This document shows, in pieces, positions 13,301 through 26,200 of a stretch of 64,000 nt of DNA; within the stretch, counting starts at the first letter, position 1; the number at the start of each line of letters is the position of its first letter. The translations under genes were made by a program, and so were the position numbers. The stretch covers positions 17,422,001 to 17,486,000 of the forward strand of contig OZ193909.1 of NCBI GenBank assembly GCA_964276515.1, in the 5' to 3' direction. The notes under the pieces are model-generated. The model saw nothing but the letters and a program-made list of their open reading frames with translations. It searched no databases and had not been told where the DNA came from. The DNA comes from Gordius albopunctatus (taxonomy: Eukaryota).

Positions 13301-15311
13301 CTCTGCCTGGGCCAGCCAAATTCTGACATTTCTGCGATAAAATGTGGGTATTTTCAGCTGTGTAGTTGCTTCAAATTCCTGTCTAGTTTCCATTTGAATG
13401 AATAATATTTAGAAAAAAAATTATTGTTTGTGAGCGATAACTAATTAATCTCCGAGATTGTTGAGGGGAAAAAAAACGGGGTCACCATTTTTAGTGAGAG
13501 GGGAGGAATATAATTTATTACATGATAAAAGGAACAATGATACGAATCTTATAAAAGAGTGAGTTTATATAGCATTAGATAACGATAACATTCAAATGAA
13601 AGTTGATTGTGTGTGTGTATTCTTTCTATTTTCACCTTGTACGTATTACAACCAAATCTCTTCCAAGGTAACTGTAATTTGTTTCCCTACACACATATAT
13701 GCATTACTTTTCACATTACAAGCTGGGTTTGCAGGTGCACTCAAATTACTATAATTTCTATAATTGTGCAATATAAAATAAATACACGAACCTATATTGT
13801 ATTCGATAAATAACTATTTAATGCCAAAGTTAGTTGGGATTGGAAGGTAATTATTTGTGAGAGCTATCCCGTATAGCATAGTATATGCATATTCCAACAC
13901 TTTATTTATCAAAATTTATAAACATATAGATGGCGTCATCGAGTAATATACATGTTTAACAATTAATTAAATTTTTATATAAAAAAATCTTAATTTTTTT
14001 AAAATAATAACTAAAAACTTTTTTTTCTTCATTTAAAATTGTAAATATTTAAAAAGTTTGATGCATCTTGAAAAAGGAAAATAGTTAAAGTAAAATAAAA
14101 ATTTATTCTTAAATTTATCGCATAAAACAAGAGATTTTTATCAGGTTAACCTGAGGTCAGCCTGGGTTTCAGGTTGGGGATAAAATTGACCTGAAGGTTT
14201 TTCAGGTTGATTTTCGGGATCAACCTCAAGCTAAGGTTCGGCGAACCTAAAACCGACCTGAGGTTTGACCTCGGGAAAACCTGACCTAGGTTTTGATCAT
14301 CACTAATGGTAATATTAATTGACTTAGCCAGGGTTAATAACTGGTTTCAATTGTGCAACTAAGTCAACTATAAGCGAACTTATAATTTTCTCAGTCTATT
14401 TAGAGTTGACAACACAGTAAATTTGATACAAATATTATAGTTTGCTAGAACCATAAAATTTAATTTTTTATACTTCAAATTTATTTTTAGTTTGCACTTT
14501 CCATAGAAATATTTTCTTTATGAATTAATTAATATCTATATATTCTCAATGATATGTCGTGTCCCGATCTTTAAAAAGTTTGTGTATTAAAGTTTTTTAA
14601 AAATATGAAAGTTTGCCATTTGGATTTTTTAACACTTATTTAATATTTTTAATAAAACAAGAACGATTTTTATTCCGTATATAGTTTGTTTTTTTAATTC
14701 GAGACGAGATCGCAACACTAGATTTAAAAAACTCCTGGTAATCTCATGATTTAATATAATGCCTTTGAACACAATGGGCAGACAGACAAGTCGCTGGGGT
14801 TCTATAAAGATTTGTAGACGTTGTAGCCGAATTTACATACTTTTTTTGGATTAATTAACCACAGATTCACGAGAATTCAAGATGCTTTGGAAGTATTTAG
14901 TACATCATCAAAACTCATTTTAAGTCTATGTGTTTATATTATTATATATACTGCTAAAGGTTTAAGTATGGAATAAATATAATAAAAATGTAGTTTCATC
15001 TCTTAAGGGCCCACTCATATTTTATTCAACGAGCTAAAATTATTAAAATATTAATTATACGCGGCTATACCTGTGTATGGTAAATTACCCAATATCGAAA
15101 ATATTCCAATTATATTAATTTACTAACATTCTAAATGTGAATCACAAAATAAAAAATGCATTAATAAAATTACTATATTATGATGATCAATTAAGAATTT
15201 TTAAAGTCGAGATCTCGCCGATAAAATCTCTGATCGTCTCGATCACTACCCAATTTTTTATAGTCTCGTCTCATCTCTTCGAGATTTTTATTCCATTTAC
15301 CGCATAATTAG
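10398..15311. mobile_element. Non-autonomous DNA element of the CGAGACGAGA-repeat family, split by later insertions (gypsy element 2 and another MITE)
   Basis: Left end TAGTGATGCGGAAAAACCGAGAAAAATCTC. The right part (about 15050-15311) matches 51440-51751, which ends TTCCGCATCACTA. Subterminal GAGAC/GTCTC repeats. Boundaries are approximate. Confidence 0.5.
10905..13720 (-). mobile_element. Internally deleted, decayed Ty3/gypsy element 2 (same broad clade as element 1)
   Basis: LTR copies at about 13491-13720 and 10905-11058 (the latter truncated). PBS TGGTGACCCCG (minus strand, about 13477-13487) is complementary to the tRNA-Trp 3' end. Gag (LKELWLNKLP), RT (SKWSSPLHMVPK, YIDDIL), RH and the IN zinc finger are present. 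The end of gag, most of PR and the IN core plus PPT are deleted. Confidence 0.92.
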
Positions 15312-15436
15312 GTTTAATTAGGCCCGAAGAGAAGTTTTAATATATGTATTTACAACAAGGTCATCCACGTTCTTTAGAATTTTTTTATAAATCCTGTAAT
15401 TATCCCACGTGCGCTTACCCCACGCATCTTTACCAA

Positions 15437-16240
15437 ATCTTCTTCTTCTTTATCAGTTATTTGGTCCCACATTGGTGGGGTTTGTTTTGATAAATTTCTT
15501 CCATCTTGACCGGGTGAGTGCCATGTCTTGACTAATCTCTTTAGCTTCCATAACTTTATCGACTTGCCCTTTCCACGTGACACGGGGTCGTCCTCTTCCT
15601 CTCTTCCCCGGTACATACATGTCCAGTACTTTTCTATTTACGTCATCCGTATCCCTCATTAGTATATGACCATACCACCTTAGCCGATTTTCGTTAATCA
15701 TGTCCGCCATAGGTTGAATACCCATTTTTGTCATGAAAAAGTCATTCGTCATATGGTCGAGCTTAGTATACCCCAAGCTCCACCTCATCATTCTCATCTC
15801 TGTGGCTTGTAATAGCTTTAATTCCGTGGTGTTTAATGCCCATGTTTCACTTCCATAGAGTAACACCGGTCTTACGATGGATTTGTAAGCTTTGCTCTTC
15901 AACCATATTGGCATTTTCTTGTCACACAAAACACAGGATATACTTCGCCATTTAAGCCATCCTTTTTGGATCCGGGCATTGACCTCTGTTGTGCAACCTC
16001 CCTCTTGATGTAGCATCGAGCCGAGGTATGTGAACCTGTCTACTTTTGGGTACTTTAGATGGTCATCCAGCGATGGGGTGCCTGTACCGTTCATTTCCAT
16101 GTATACCGTTTTTATATCGTTGACCTTTAAACCATATCCAGCTAAGCGCTTTGACCATTTTTCGGCTTCTTCGAATACTTTGTTTCCTCGCATAGTACTA
16201 TATCATCGGCATATCTAATACACCATGGCGAAGGCTTTTA
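15437..16240 (-). mobile_element. 5'-truncated non-LTR retrotransposon (RTE-like LINE), C-terminal half of RT
   Basis: PWCIRYADDIVL near 16195-16230, then a frameshift into ORF 15453-16193 (FTYLGS, RPVLLYGSETW, RLRWYGHILMR, GKRGRGRPR). A very short 3' end with a (GAA)n tail at 15437-15452. Confidence 0.92.
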
Positions 16241-16312
16241 TAAATTCGCGCGCCTACCCATTCTTTTTTATTTAGCTCGGATTAAATGCTTTAATTACTT
16301 TTTGATGTGTAT

Positions 16313-16715
16313 CAGAGGTCAGATTTGTTAGAATTTTTCTGCCCGAACCAGGCCCGATTTTAGAATTAATCTGCCCGCCCGAACCCTTCTGTGTCCGCCC
16401 GGCAATGCCCGAATTATCCCGGCTGCCCGGCCCAAAGTGGTGTGTTTTAAAATTTTTAGCACTACTATCGTTATATTTTTTTAAACTTTTTATCTTAATT
16501 TTTGGATTTTTTTAAAATGAGAACTAGGATTAACAAACATTGTGAAATCCATTTTGGAAAGTGGCAAAATATACACAAAAACAATATAATACATTATTTT
16601 AAAAACGAAATTGAGCCCGAATTGCCTGAATCTTGTTATGGTGCCCGCCCGAAAGTTAAAATTTACAACCTTTCCCGGCGCCGGGCGGGTTCGGGCCAGG
16701 CAAATCTGGTCTCTG
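16313..16715. mobile_element. hAT-type MITE with GC-rich subterminal GCCCG repeats
   Basis: TIRs CAGAGGTCAGATTTG / CAAATCTGGTCTCTG and a perfect 8-bp TSD ATGTGTAT. Confidence 0.9.
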
Positions 16716-17236
16716 ATGTGTATATTTTATAAAATGCGGATCTCTTAAGATCAATGTGTACCATCTGCGCGTGCGCCTCTTACACTATTTTAAACATGGA
16801 CTTTTCCGAGTTATTCATCACTCATATATTTTTATAATATTGGAATATATTTCGCGGAATGAATAAACGTTACAATAATTATCGCTTAAAATATTCAATT
16901 AAAATTAATTAATAAATCTGCTTTATTCTACCGTAATCGTTGGCTAAGAAAATATTGCGTCCATACAGCGCTCGGACATATTACTTAGGTAGACCTCTAA
17001 AATTTGTAAAGGGCTTTAAATTAAATTTTCAATAAAATAAGTAAGGTCCATTATGAAGACCAAAGCGATATATATTGTGTACATTTGATGAGCGCATCTC
17101 GTGCTTTTTAAATAAAACATCATAGACAATAATTTATTGTAGAATCAACAGCTTTAGGTCATCATAGCAGCATACAGTAGAATATACGAGATCTGTCTAA
17201 ATGTAGTCGTTTCCAACAAAACGAAATTGATATGCA

Positions 17237-20200
17237 TTAAACGTTTTTGATAACTATAGTGGCTTTTGCGGTGATTGTAGTTATGCTGTGGTGGCTTGAT
17301 AATATCAATTGCTGGTCTTTATCCCGATTTTTATTAGAGCCGATTTGATTCAGTTCAATAGGCGATTCCATTTTCGTCGTGGCACTTGCGCTTTCAGCTG
17401 GCAAAGATTCATTTCCGGCGGAAATGTGAGTTGCGTTTAATAATATAATTGGGTCCGGACTTATGCTATCTTCTGAGGTAGTGATCAAAGACGGAGATTC
17501 TTCTAAACAAATATAAAATAAATAAATCTCACTTATTTATCTTTCGATTGATTAGTTACAATAATTGCGGTACTAACTAAAAGTAAATCAATGGCGTTCT
17601 TTCTGCATGGGTAATTCGAAACTTAACCAAACCCAATAATGGGTAAATTAAAATGTTTGGATTTAACTTGAATTGGGATGATACACACAAATAACCATAT
17701 CACCAAAAGTTTAATTTTTTGTAACTAAAATAGGCTATTGCTTCCATACTTTAAGGAATTTTCTCTAAAATAGATGATTTCAAATTTTCTTATAAATTTA
17801 AATGACTGTTTTGGCAGGTGTAGTAGATGCGTTGTTTAACCACCCGCACTTATGATTGATGTTTTTATGCTCTCTAGTTATGTGGTTTTTTCACTTTGAT
17901 CCTCTAAATACACAGGCTTTTCTTTTTAATAAAATGATTCGAAATATTTTCTTACAACAGATTAAAACGTCTGCGCAAAAGTGTTTAGATTTTTACATTA
18001 TCCATTACCTTATTCTTAAATGATATTTTTTCCATGCATTTTCGAAAGGGATAGTGTTAATTTAATAAACACATCACTAACTAACTATTCACAAAGGCCG
18101 CCTCACCCGAAATGGTTGACAAAGAATTGTCCGACTGTATAAATGCGTGTCCACGCTTATCCTGGCCATAATATCTTTTGTGAGCTCCGTTGTGTCGACG
18201 AGAATTTATTTTGGGGTGTGTAGCAACGGGCAAAAAGTCTCTTTGCTGTTGTTGATAGTTTTGCAATGGTCCGTGGGGACAAGAGTGCGCTCCGTGATGA
18301 TAGTATACCATGGGTTGCTGTTGGTTCAAAGAGTTTATGTTGGGGCAGTGTATGTAATCTTTAAAGTTCACATTGCTTTCGGTGTTAAGCTGGTCAGGGT
18401 TTGTGGTCTCTATCGCTTCCTGAGAGCGGGGTTGGTCCAAAGTTAAATGGCTAGCTTGGTCTTTAAGAGTTACCTAAAGGGTCAATAATAATTAATTGTT
18501 ATACAGGAAAATTTCGTAAATTCTAATAGGCATTTGTTGGATAAGTAATAGCTTTTTGAAGATGATAATAACCCCTAATAGGAGTGGCGCAATTAAATTA
18601 AAAGTATACCCTAATTAGCGTCATCTAAAGGCAGTTTTAAATAAAGGCTAAATTTATTAATTAATTTCACATACATGAAGAATCTGAAATAATAGCTTTG
18701 ATATTTAAATAACTTTAATAGGAGTGTAGAAATTAGTGGGTATTACCATGGGTTTGCCCGGTAAAAAGTTGAGAATCAGTGGACAAATCATCGTGATTGT
18801 TATCGTGGTTACGACGGAGTTGATCATAAAACTCTTTGTGACGAGCCTGCACAAAAACGAAATAATTAAAAGAAAATATAGTCATATTCAAATAATAGTG
18901 ACCACTTCATTAATGTGTGCAAAGACTATTAACACTTAAAAATTTATTATGTTTAGTTTATTAAAACCATTTTTAAATTTCTAAAGGCATACGACAAACG
19001 AATATTTAGCTTTAAAAACTTTTATGTTTTAAACAATTTTACCGGATCCAATTTACGATTATGTGCAATATTAGGGCTTACTTTGGTATTAGTTCGAAGT
19101 CGGAAAAATGCATGCAAAGGACGCATATAGCGTAACCGCCCATCACGGATAATGTGTAGGGCACAGCTATACCGTACAGAGTATTAAGGCGGGTCAACTT
19201 GTTTCCCACCAAAGTTGGGTACATCTACATAAACCGAATCAATGAGTAAATTTACACGAAATCCATTATTTAGCAAGCTTATTGCCGTAGCTACGTTTTA
19301 AATAGGGGCAAGGGGAAGCAAACCAATGAACTTCAAATACTTTAACTATAATTTTATTGAGCGAAATAGGGGCCCTAAGGCTTGAGCCTGAGAAATTGAA
19401 TAAAAATGGTTGGGGCTTCATTTGTATATACTATTGTAAAACTCAGTAGGGTCACCCTACACAAACTTATCTCTAGTCTTGTTTGTCCCAGAGACCAGAT
19501 TTGCCCGGCCGGGTCGGGCAACTATCATAAATTTTAACTTTCGGGCGGGCACCATAACAAGATTCGGGCTAAATTTTGTTTTTAAATAATGTATTATATT
19601 GTTTTTGTGTATATTTTGTCACTTTTTAATTTATTTTATGTTTGTTAATCCTAGTTTTCATTTTTAAAAAAATCAAAAATAACTATATTAGTGATAAAAA
19701 TTTTGAAACACACCATTTCGGACCGGGCAGTTCGGATAATTCGGGCATTGCCGGGCGGACACATAGAAGGGTTCGAGCGGGCAGATTAATTATAAAATCG
19801 GGCCGGGCCGTGTTCGGGCAGAAAAATTCTAACAAATCTGACCTCTGGTTTGTCCCACCCAATTATGTGATTGATTGTGGTGCTTGCATCTAGTCAATTT
19901 TTTACGTTCATATCGCTGCAATTCCTGACTTACTAAAAACGTCTAGTTGTTTGGATAATTTTAAAAAACGCGTCAGCTAATTGTTAATGATGGTGCAAAA
20001 TAGAGTCAACAAATTTAGTGCTAAATTGACTATTAGCAACCACCGATTCGTTTTCTAGGTTCCTAACCAACTTAAAATTTAATGTAAACACCGAAAATTC
20101 ACGGAAGCATATTACAATAGCCAAAACTAATGAAATATTACTAAAGTCGACATGAAACTTTATTCATCATTTAACAAAAAGCAATGGTAATAGCACAGTT

Positions 20201-23200
20201 GAGAATATTACTTTATAACACTGAATTAACCAGGAAACTGTTTGCAGATTCTGGTAGTTTTTTACGCTGAACACAAATATATTTTTAGCTTTTCCCCTAT
20301 ACGTCAAGTTTTTGAGATGTTTGCTGTCAAAGTCGCTAAAAACAGCGATTTGAGCGTTTTTCAAACGTAAATAACTTGCAAATTAATCGGCAACATTTTA
20401 GTTTAATAAATTTAATTTATGTTTACAGCGAAAAACTCTCCCAAAATCTGCAACCAGTTCACCGGTTGATTTTTCTTCTTGAACCGTGTAAAAGGAACCC
20501 TATAAATTTCCCCAATCGATTTGCTTAATATATATTACTCTGTAAGGCTGGTATCAAACCAAATGCCCATGGACGTAGGCAGCATTCAAATTAGAGGGGT
20601 GCAATAAAGATTTGGAGGGGGGGGGTGCGAATTGATTATTTTCTTTGAATTCAGACTATAATTTAAATAAATTTTTGGATTTAGAGGGGAGCAGCCGCCC
20701 CTCCCTGCCCCCCCCCCTGGGTACGCTCATACCAATCAATGTCCGCTCTACAAGAGCAACAGGCTTAGAGTCCTACCTGAAACATATTGGTGTACAGCGA
20801 GGACATGTGAACGGTCCACAACAAGGCGCACAGTAGTTGATAATGGTTAAGCCCGTGCCCAACGGAAGTTTCATAGTTGGCCGGGAAATCATTCAAGTAG
20901 TGAGGTGCGTTGGTTAACGAATGTAAAAGCGCTTTAAAGTCCCGCACAGAGCCTAAAGCCAAGGTAGAGGCCAAATTAATGGCGCCCAAAACGATGGTTA
21001 TGCTCGCCGTGTGAGTTATGTAACTCGAGCCCAAGCAAAGGGTGGCGGTTATGAAATAAAGGAACAAATAGATGGCGCAAACGGTAAATATCCACGTTGT
21101 GAATCGGTCGAAATGGTGTAAGAGTGAAATGGGCGTTCCGATCAGAGTTGACGAGGGAGGCACGTTGCCCTCCTCCGACTCCTTCCATAGCTCCGCGGGG
21201 TCCTGTAAAAATTTCAACATGGCCGCCGTTTTATGCAAAGCGCCCAAGGAGCGTAAGTTCAAGCCTTTCACGAATAGAGGCATGGTGGTGGACGTGAGTT
21301 TCTTGGATTTGGGAACTAATGATGTAACAATTCGGAGATAAAATTGTGGGTTAAATTATAACTTGTGTCAAATATGTCTACTCGACCAGAAAACTTGAGG
21401 GAAATATTCTAGATTGGAAAAAAACTATGAGCTTTATAAAGGATGGAGTAGGCATTAAATGACTTCATTTAGAAAATAAATTATGTTTCGAAAACTCAGT
21501 TCTGGCATATCCACCTAGACAACTTAACTTAAGCTTGTACTACTCAAATCGATCATAATGATTTTTAGGCCTTTAAAAACATCTTAAATTTTAATAATTT
21601 CATGTAACTTTTTTGGTGAATATCTCTTTTAATCAAGGAAAAAAAATTATTCAACTATATTTTAAATTTGCATATCACGTTAAATATTGTATTTCATTTT
21701 AAGAGGACAAATAAGAATTATTAATACCGTTGAATTCTAATTCGTACGGGTCAAATGTCCACTTTTGAGGCGATGGCCTGAGGTTAGCTTGAGATTCGTA
21801 GTAAAACAAAGGGTCATTACTAGCCCAAGCCGTGAGGTAATAGTAAAAGCCCTGAGGATTAATAATTCCATCCTTGTCAACTAAATACGTGAAGCCCTCT
21901 TCGCGTCCCTAAAATTTCATGAATTAGTGTAAATAAATTTGTTCTCATTTTCCCAACCGGTTTCAAATCAACCTTACAAACTCAGTGAAAATATCACTTT
22001 CACAAAAATATTTCTTCAAATAATTAATTTGCGTTATCAAGGAGTGCCTCGAAACCTAATATTTTATTTAAAAAATGACACGATTTCCATACACGGATCA
22101 ATGCCATCCGTTTAGTTATAGCGCGTTTTTAATATTTTTTAGTCGTGTATGTAATTTTTTATACCATTTTTCTAATCTATGCGAAAATATATAAAATTAA
22201 TAAGCTGGCAAAAAAAATTCAAAAATATGGCTTTAATGCATTCTACAAAATGAAAGCAATGAATTTCTGGGTGTCTTAAAGGTAATACGTGTTGAAATGG
22301 GTATAATTCGTGGCGATTTCCAAATAGCCTATAGGTTTGGTGCAATAGCGCGTGCCCTAGTATGGCTTTGTTGGATGCGTTAACGTGGACTATGGCTTCT
22401 AATCGATCGTTAAGCACGATTCTACCTTGTTGAAGATCTCCGGAATAGGCATTTTGTAAATCTTGCAGCCAATTTCTAAGAACAAATAGTGCTAAAAATG
22501 CCTTAAAATGATAGCACTCGGGTAAATAATGTAAAAAAGTTGTTTGAGTTATTTCGTGATGATGAGGTATATCATTGCCATACATTTGTGTATGTTGTCT
22601 TGGTTAGTCGAGCTCTAGTTTTAACAACCCTTCAGTCCATTCTTGAGCTAAAGGCAAATGAAACGAACCCTATATTAGGGAAAAGGGGGGGGAGAGAAAG
22701 ACTTTTAAAAATGGATGGAAATTTACAAAATGCACTAGCTATCGACAACAAAAATGGCTATTAAATTTGATTTTAATCGCTATGCAAGTTATGGGCAAAC
22801 TTTCGGTTGCCCTGTTCTGCCCAACATGTATTAACTGCTATGCAATCTGCAAAATACACATTTGCCTTCGCATATATATAGTTTGATTAAATTTAGATGA
22901 ATTTTGATACATGTCTCACCCAAAAATGTATAATTTTGCGTTATACCTAATATTTAGTTACATTATTATGGACTTGTAGGTGGGTTTTAGGGAAAATTTA
23001 AGGGTAAAAACATGGATTTGAGTAAGGGAAGATTTTCGATACCTAAAATTGCTGAGCCAAAAGGTGATATCGCCACAACCTTGTCCTCGTCGTCTTAAGC
23101 GTTTGGAAGAGGTATTAGCCCCGCGCGGTTGTCGGTGAGCTACGACTTGGGGTAGTTGAGACAATGAGTTACACAAGGCGTAAAGATCTTTTTGCCTGTG

Positions 23201-26200
23201 GGGGTAGGACACTGCTGAGCTTGACAAGTCATCGGAGATGAAGGAGTATATTTGTTGTGCGTCGAAATGCTTGGCACGAACGAAATGTGTAGCGTAGCAA
23301 CGGCTATGGGTCGGATAAAACAGTGATAAATCCAAGGCTAAAGGGGCTTTGCCTTTCATAAAGGCTTCTTCAGATGGTTTTCCTAAAGAACCGCCCTTTA
23401 GCTTAGGGACGGTCGTGAGGGGGACTATTAAATTACAACTCACGAGTAGGGCAAATGTAGTTGCTAGTAGTAAAATTGAAATGCTGAGCGGGGTCAGTTT
23501 GAGCCCCGGTTCTATGGTATTGTTATCGCGCGCACTTTTATTCTCTCTCGCCAGGTCTACGCTTCTGAAAGCCCCGTCCGGTGACAAGAGGAGTGCCGTG
23601 AAAGTGTGTCGGTTCCAGTGGGAGCAACAATAGACAGATTTGGGGTATTGGTTGGAAGAAGGGTCGGGAAATAGGCAGAGATCTAAATTGGAGAAGCTCA
23701 AAGAATTATCTCGCGTTTTGGCTGCGTCGTAGAGCGGCTGTATGATGTCGGGGTAGGAATTCTTGACACTTTTACCAACACTCCCACTACAAAAATTCAG
23801 AGAAATTGTATAGGGTTGAAACAGCACACACACACAGAGAGAGATACCGATTTTAAAGTAATACTCATTTCATTTTCAGTTCTCGCGTTTGTTAATCAAA
23901 TACACGTTTTTTGGAAATAAAGAGTGAGTGTCGGGTTGTAGTAATTGAGAAACGCTAGGGCTTGGATGAGGGGAGCAACTGTCATAACATTCTAATCTTA
24001 TATATAAACACAATTATGGTCAAAATTTCATACATTCTCCTCATTTACTTCCATCCTAAATCATTGATAAAACTTTCCCATCATCTCACCCATTCGAGTC
24101 CCGAGAGCCCGTGCAAATTTAAGGCCTTAACTTTCTATGCGGCATTGAAAAGGGAGGAACGTTTATAAAATTTACCCTTTGCTTCGTTCAGTTTTGTGGT
24201 GGTAATAAGCCCATAATGTGGCGGGCAAGAAGAGAAGCACGGATATTTGATTGAGCATCAAAAGTAGAACGCCCTGAAAATATTAAATAATAAGGCATTA
24301 TATATATATTATATATATCAGGTGACATAGGCCTAGCCAGGGGGTGGCAGGGAGAGTGGGTTGCCCCGCCCCCTAAATCCTTTAAATCTTAATTTATTTC
24401 AAGCCGAAGTTTCAAAAATAATCATTTTGCCCTCCTTAGATCTTGGCTACGCTCATGTAAGGTGACTTTAAGTAAAAGTTTTCCCACCATAACAATTATA
24501 ACTTCAAGGCTGCGCTTTAATGGTAATATATTCTTGATTTTATAAAAGCTTGAAGTATCTTAATTGATTTTCATCAAATTATAAATTATTTGGTGAGGGT
24601 CTTATTGACTTCAATAAATTAATAGATATAAAGGCAATTTGAAATGATAATAAATCTAACCGAACATCCAAAGGAGCGTATGGCTTTGACTGGAATTAAG
24701 CTGATGCACGAGAGACCGATGAGTTTAGTTAAAAACATGACTGCCATGGATGGCCCACACAGAGTCAACCACAATGAGGTGAAATTCTGCAATAGAAAAA
24801 CCATAGAAAACGATGGAATGTGTATGTTCACTTTAGACTTGCTTAAAAAAATTCTATTTACATACAAAGTTGTGAGAGAATTCAAATAGATATTTTTACA
24901 GGTAAATAAGGCAATCAAAACAAAATGCGAAATTTTGGGCTTAAAAAATTTATTGAAGTCAATTCAAGGCGACGTACTTGGGTGTAAATTGTCCCTTCTT
25001 TGCTGGAGCTTTTTAAATAGAGAAGTTTAGAGGCCATGAAAATGATGTTTTCCAATCCTTGAGCAAACACGAAAAAGGGCATAATCTATGTTGCAATAGA
25101 ATAAATGCAAATCATAGTCAGTCACAGGCCTAGCTAAGATTTGGTTTGGGGGCGAAAAAAACAGTTTCTTTCTCATTATTTTCAAAAAAGCATATAATTT
25201 TTTAATCCAAATTTGACATGTTTTAAATATTTAAAACCGATTGGCACTTAATTATCATGTAAGGTAGTGTTAATATAATTAAACTGTCTTTTCCAATGCT
25301 TCCAAATGAACTATTGGTGAGAGGATTTTGACAACATTAACGGGTCATCCTTTTTTAAATTGTACGATATACATGATGTAAGCATAGTACACAATAGCTA
25401 AAAAACGCTGTAAAGATAGGAAAGGTAGCGCTTACCTCTGAGTGGAGAAGGTTGACTTTAAACCTTAAAAGATTAACAATTCCCAGGCTGGCTAATAGCG
25501 TGGTAGAATTCAGGAATACACCGATCAGGGCATACATCAAGCTCTCCGGCATGCTACGTAAGGTCAACCAAACTAGCACGGTTAGATAAACAATCTAAAC
25601 AAAACAAAACATTACCACATTTATTATAAAATATCTCCAATTTTAAAATAACTCCTGTTTTTATATTGTTAAAGAAGAATAAGGAAAAAATCGGAATCTG
25701 GTGCAAAATGTAATATGTGCAAAATGTAATAATGTAATATTCGCATTTTAGAAATTGAGACCGGTTTTCACGCATATTCAAACGCGTGTAATATGTATTA
25801 TGTACTAAAAAACTACGTAATAAAAGGATACTATAATTGTTAATTGAAACAAAATAAGTTATATCAAAATGTATAATACTATTTTATAAATAAATACATA
25901 TTATCAAATAAATCACTAAATCTAACCATAACCCTTGCCTATATTACATTTTGCACAGAAGTGAAAAATCGAAATAGTAATACAATGTTCTTTAATCATT
26001 TAAAAGCTTTCCTAAAACATATATTTCAATCTCTTATACCCATAATAAATGAATTTAAAACATTTATAATTGGAGAAAAGGGTGAATTACACACTTACAC
26101 AAGCTATAATCATGGATGCCATTCTTCGCAAAGGCCAAGGCAGCGCTCCGGTTTCTAGGTAAAAAGTGTTTTCGGCCATGGGATAAATCCGCGTTTTCCC

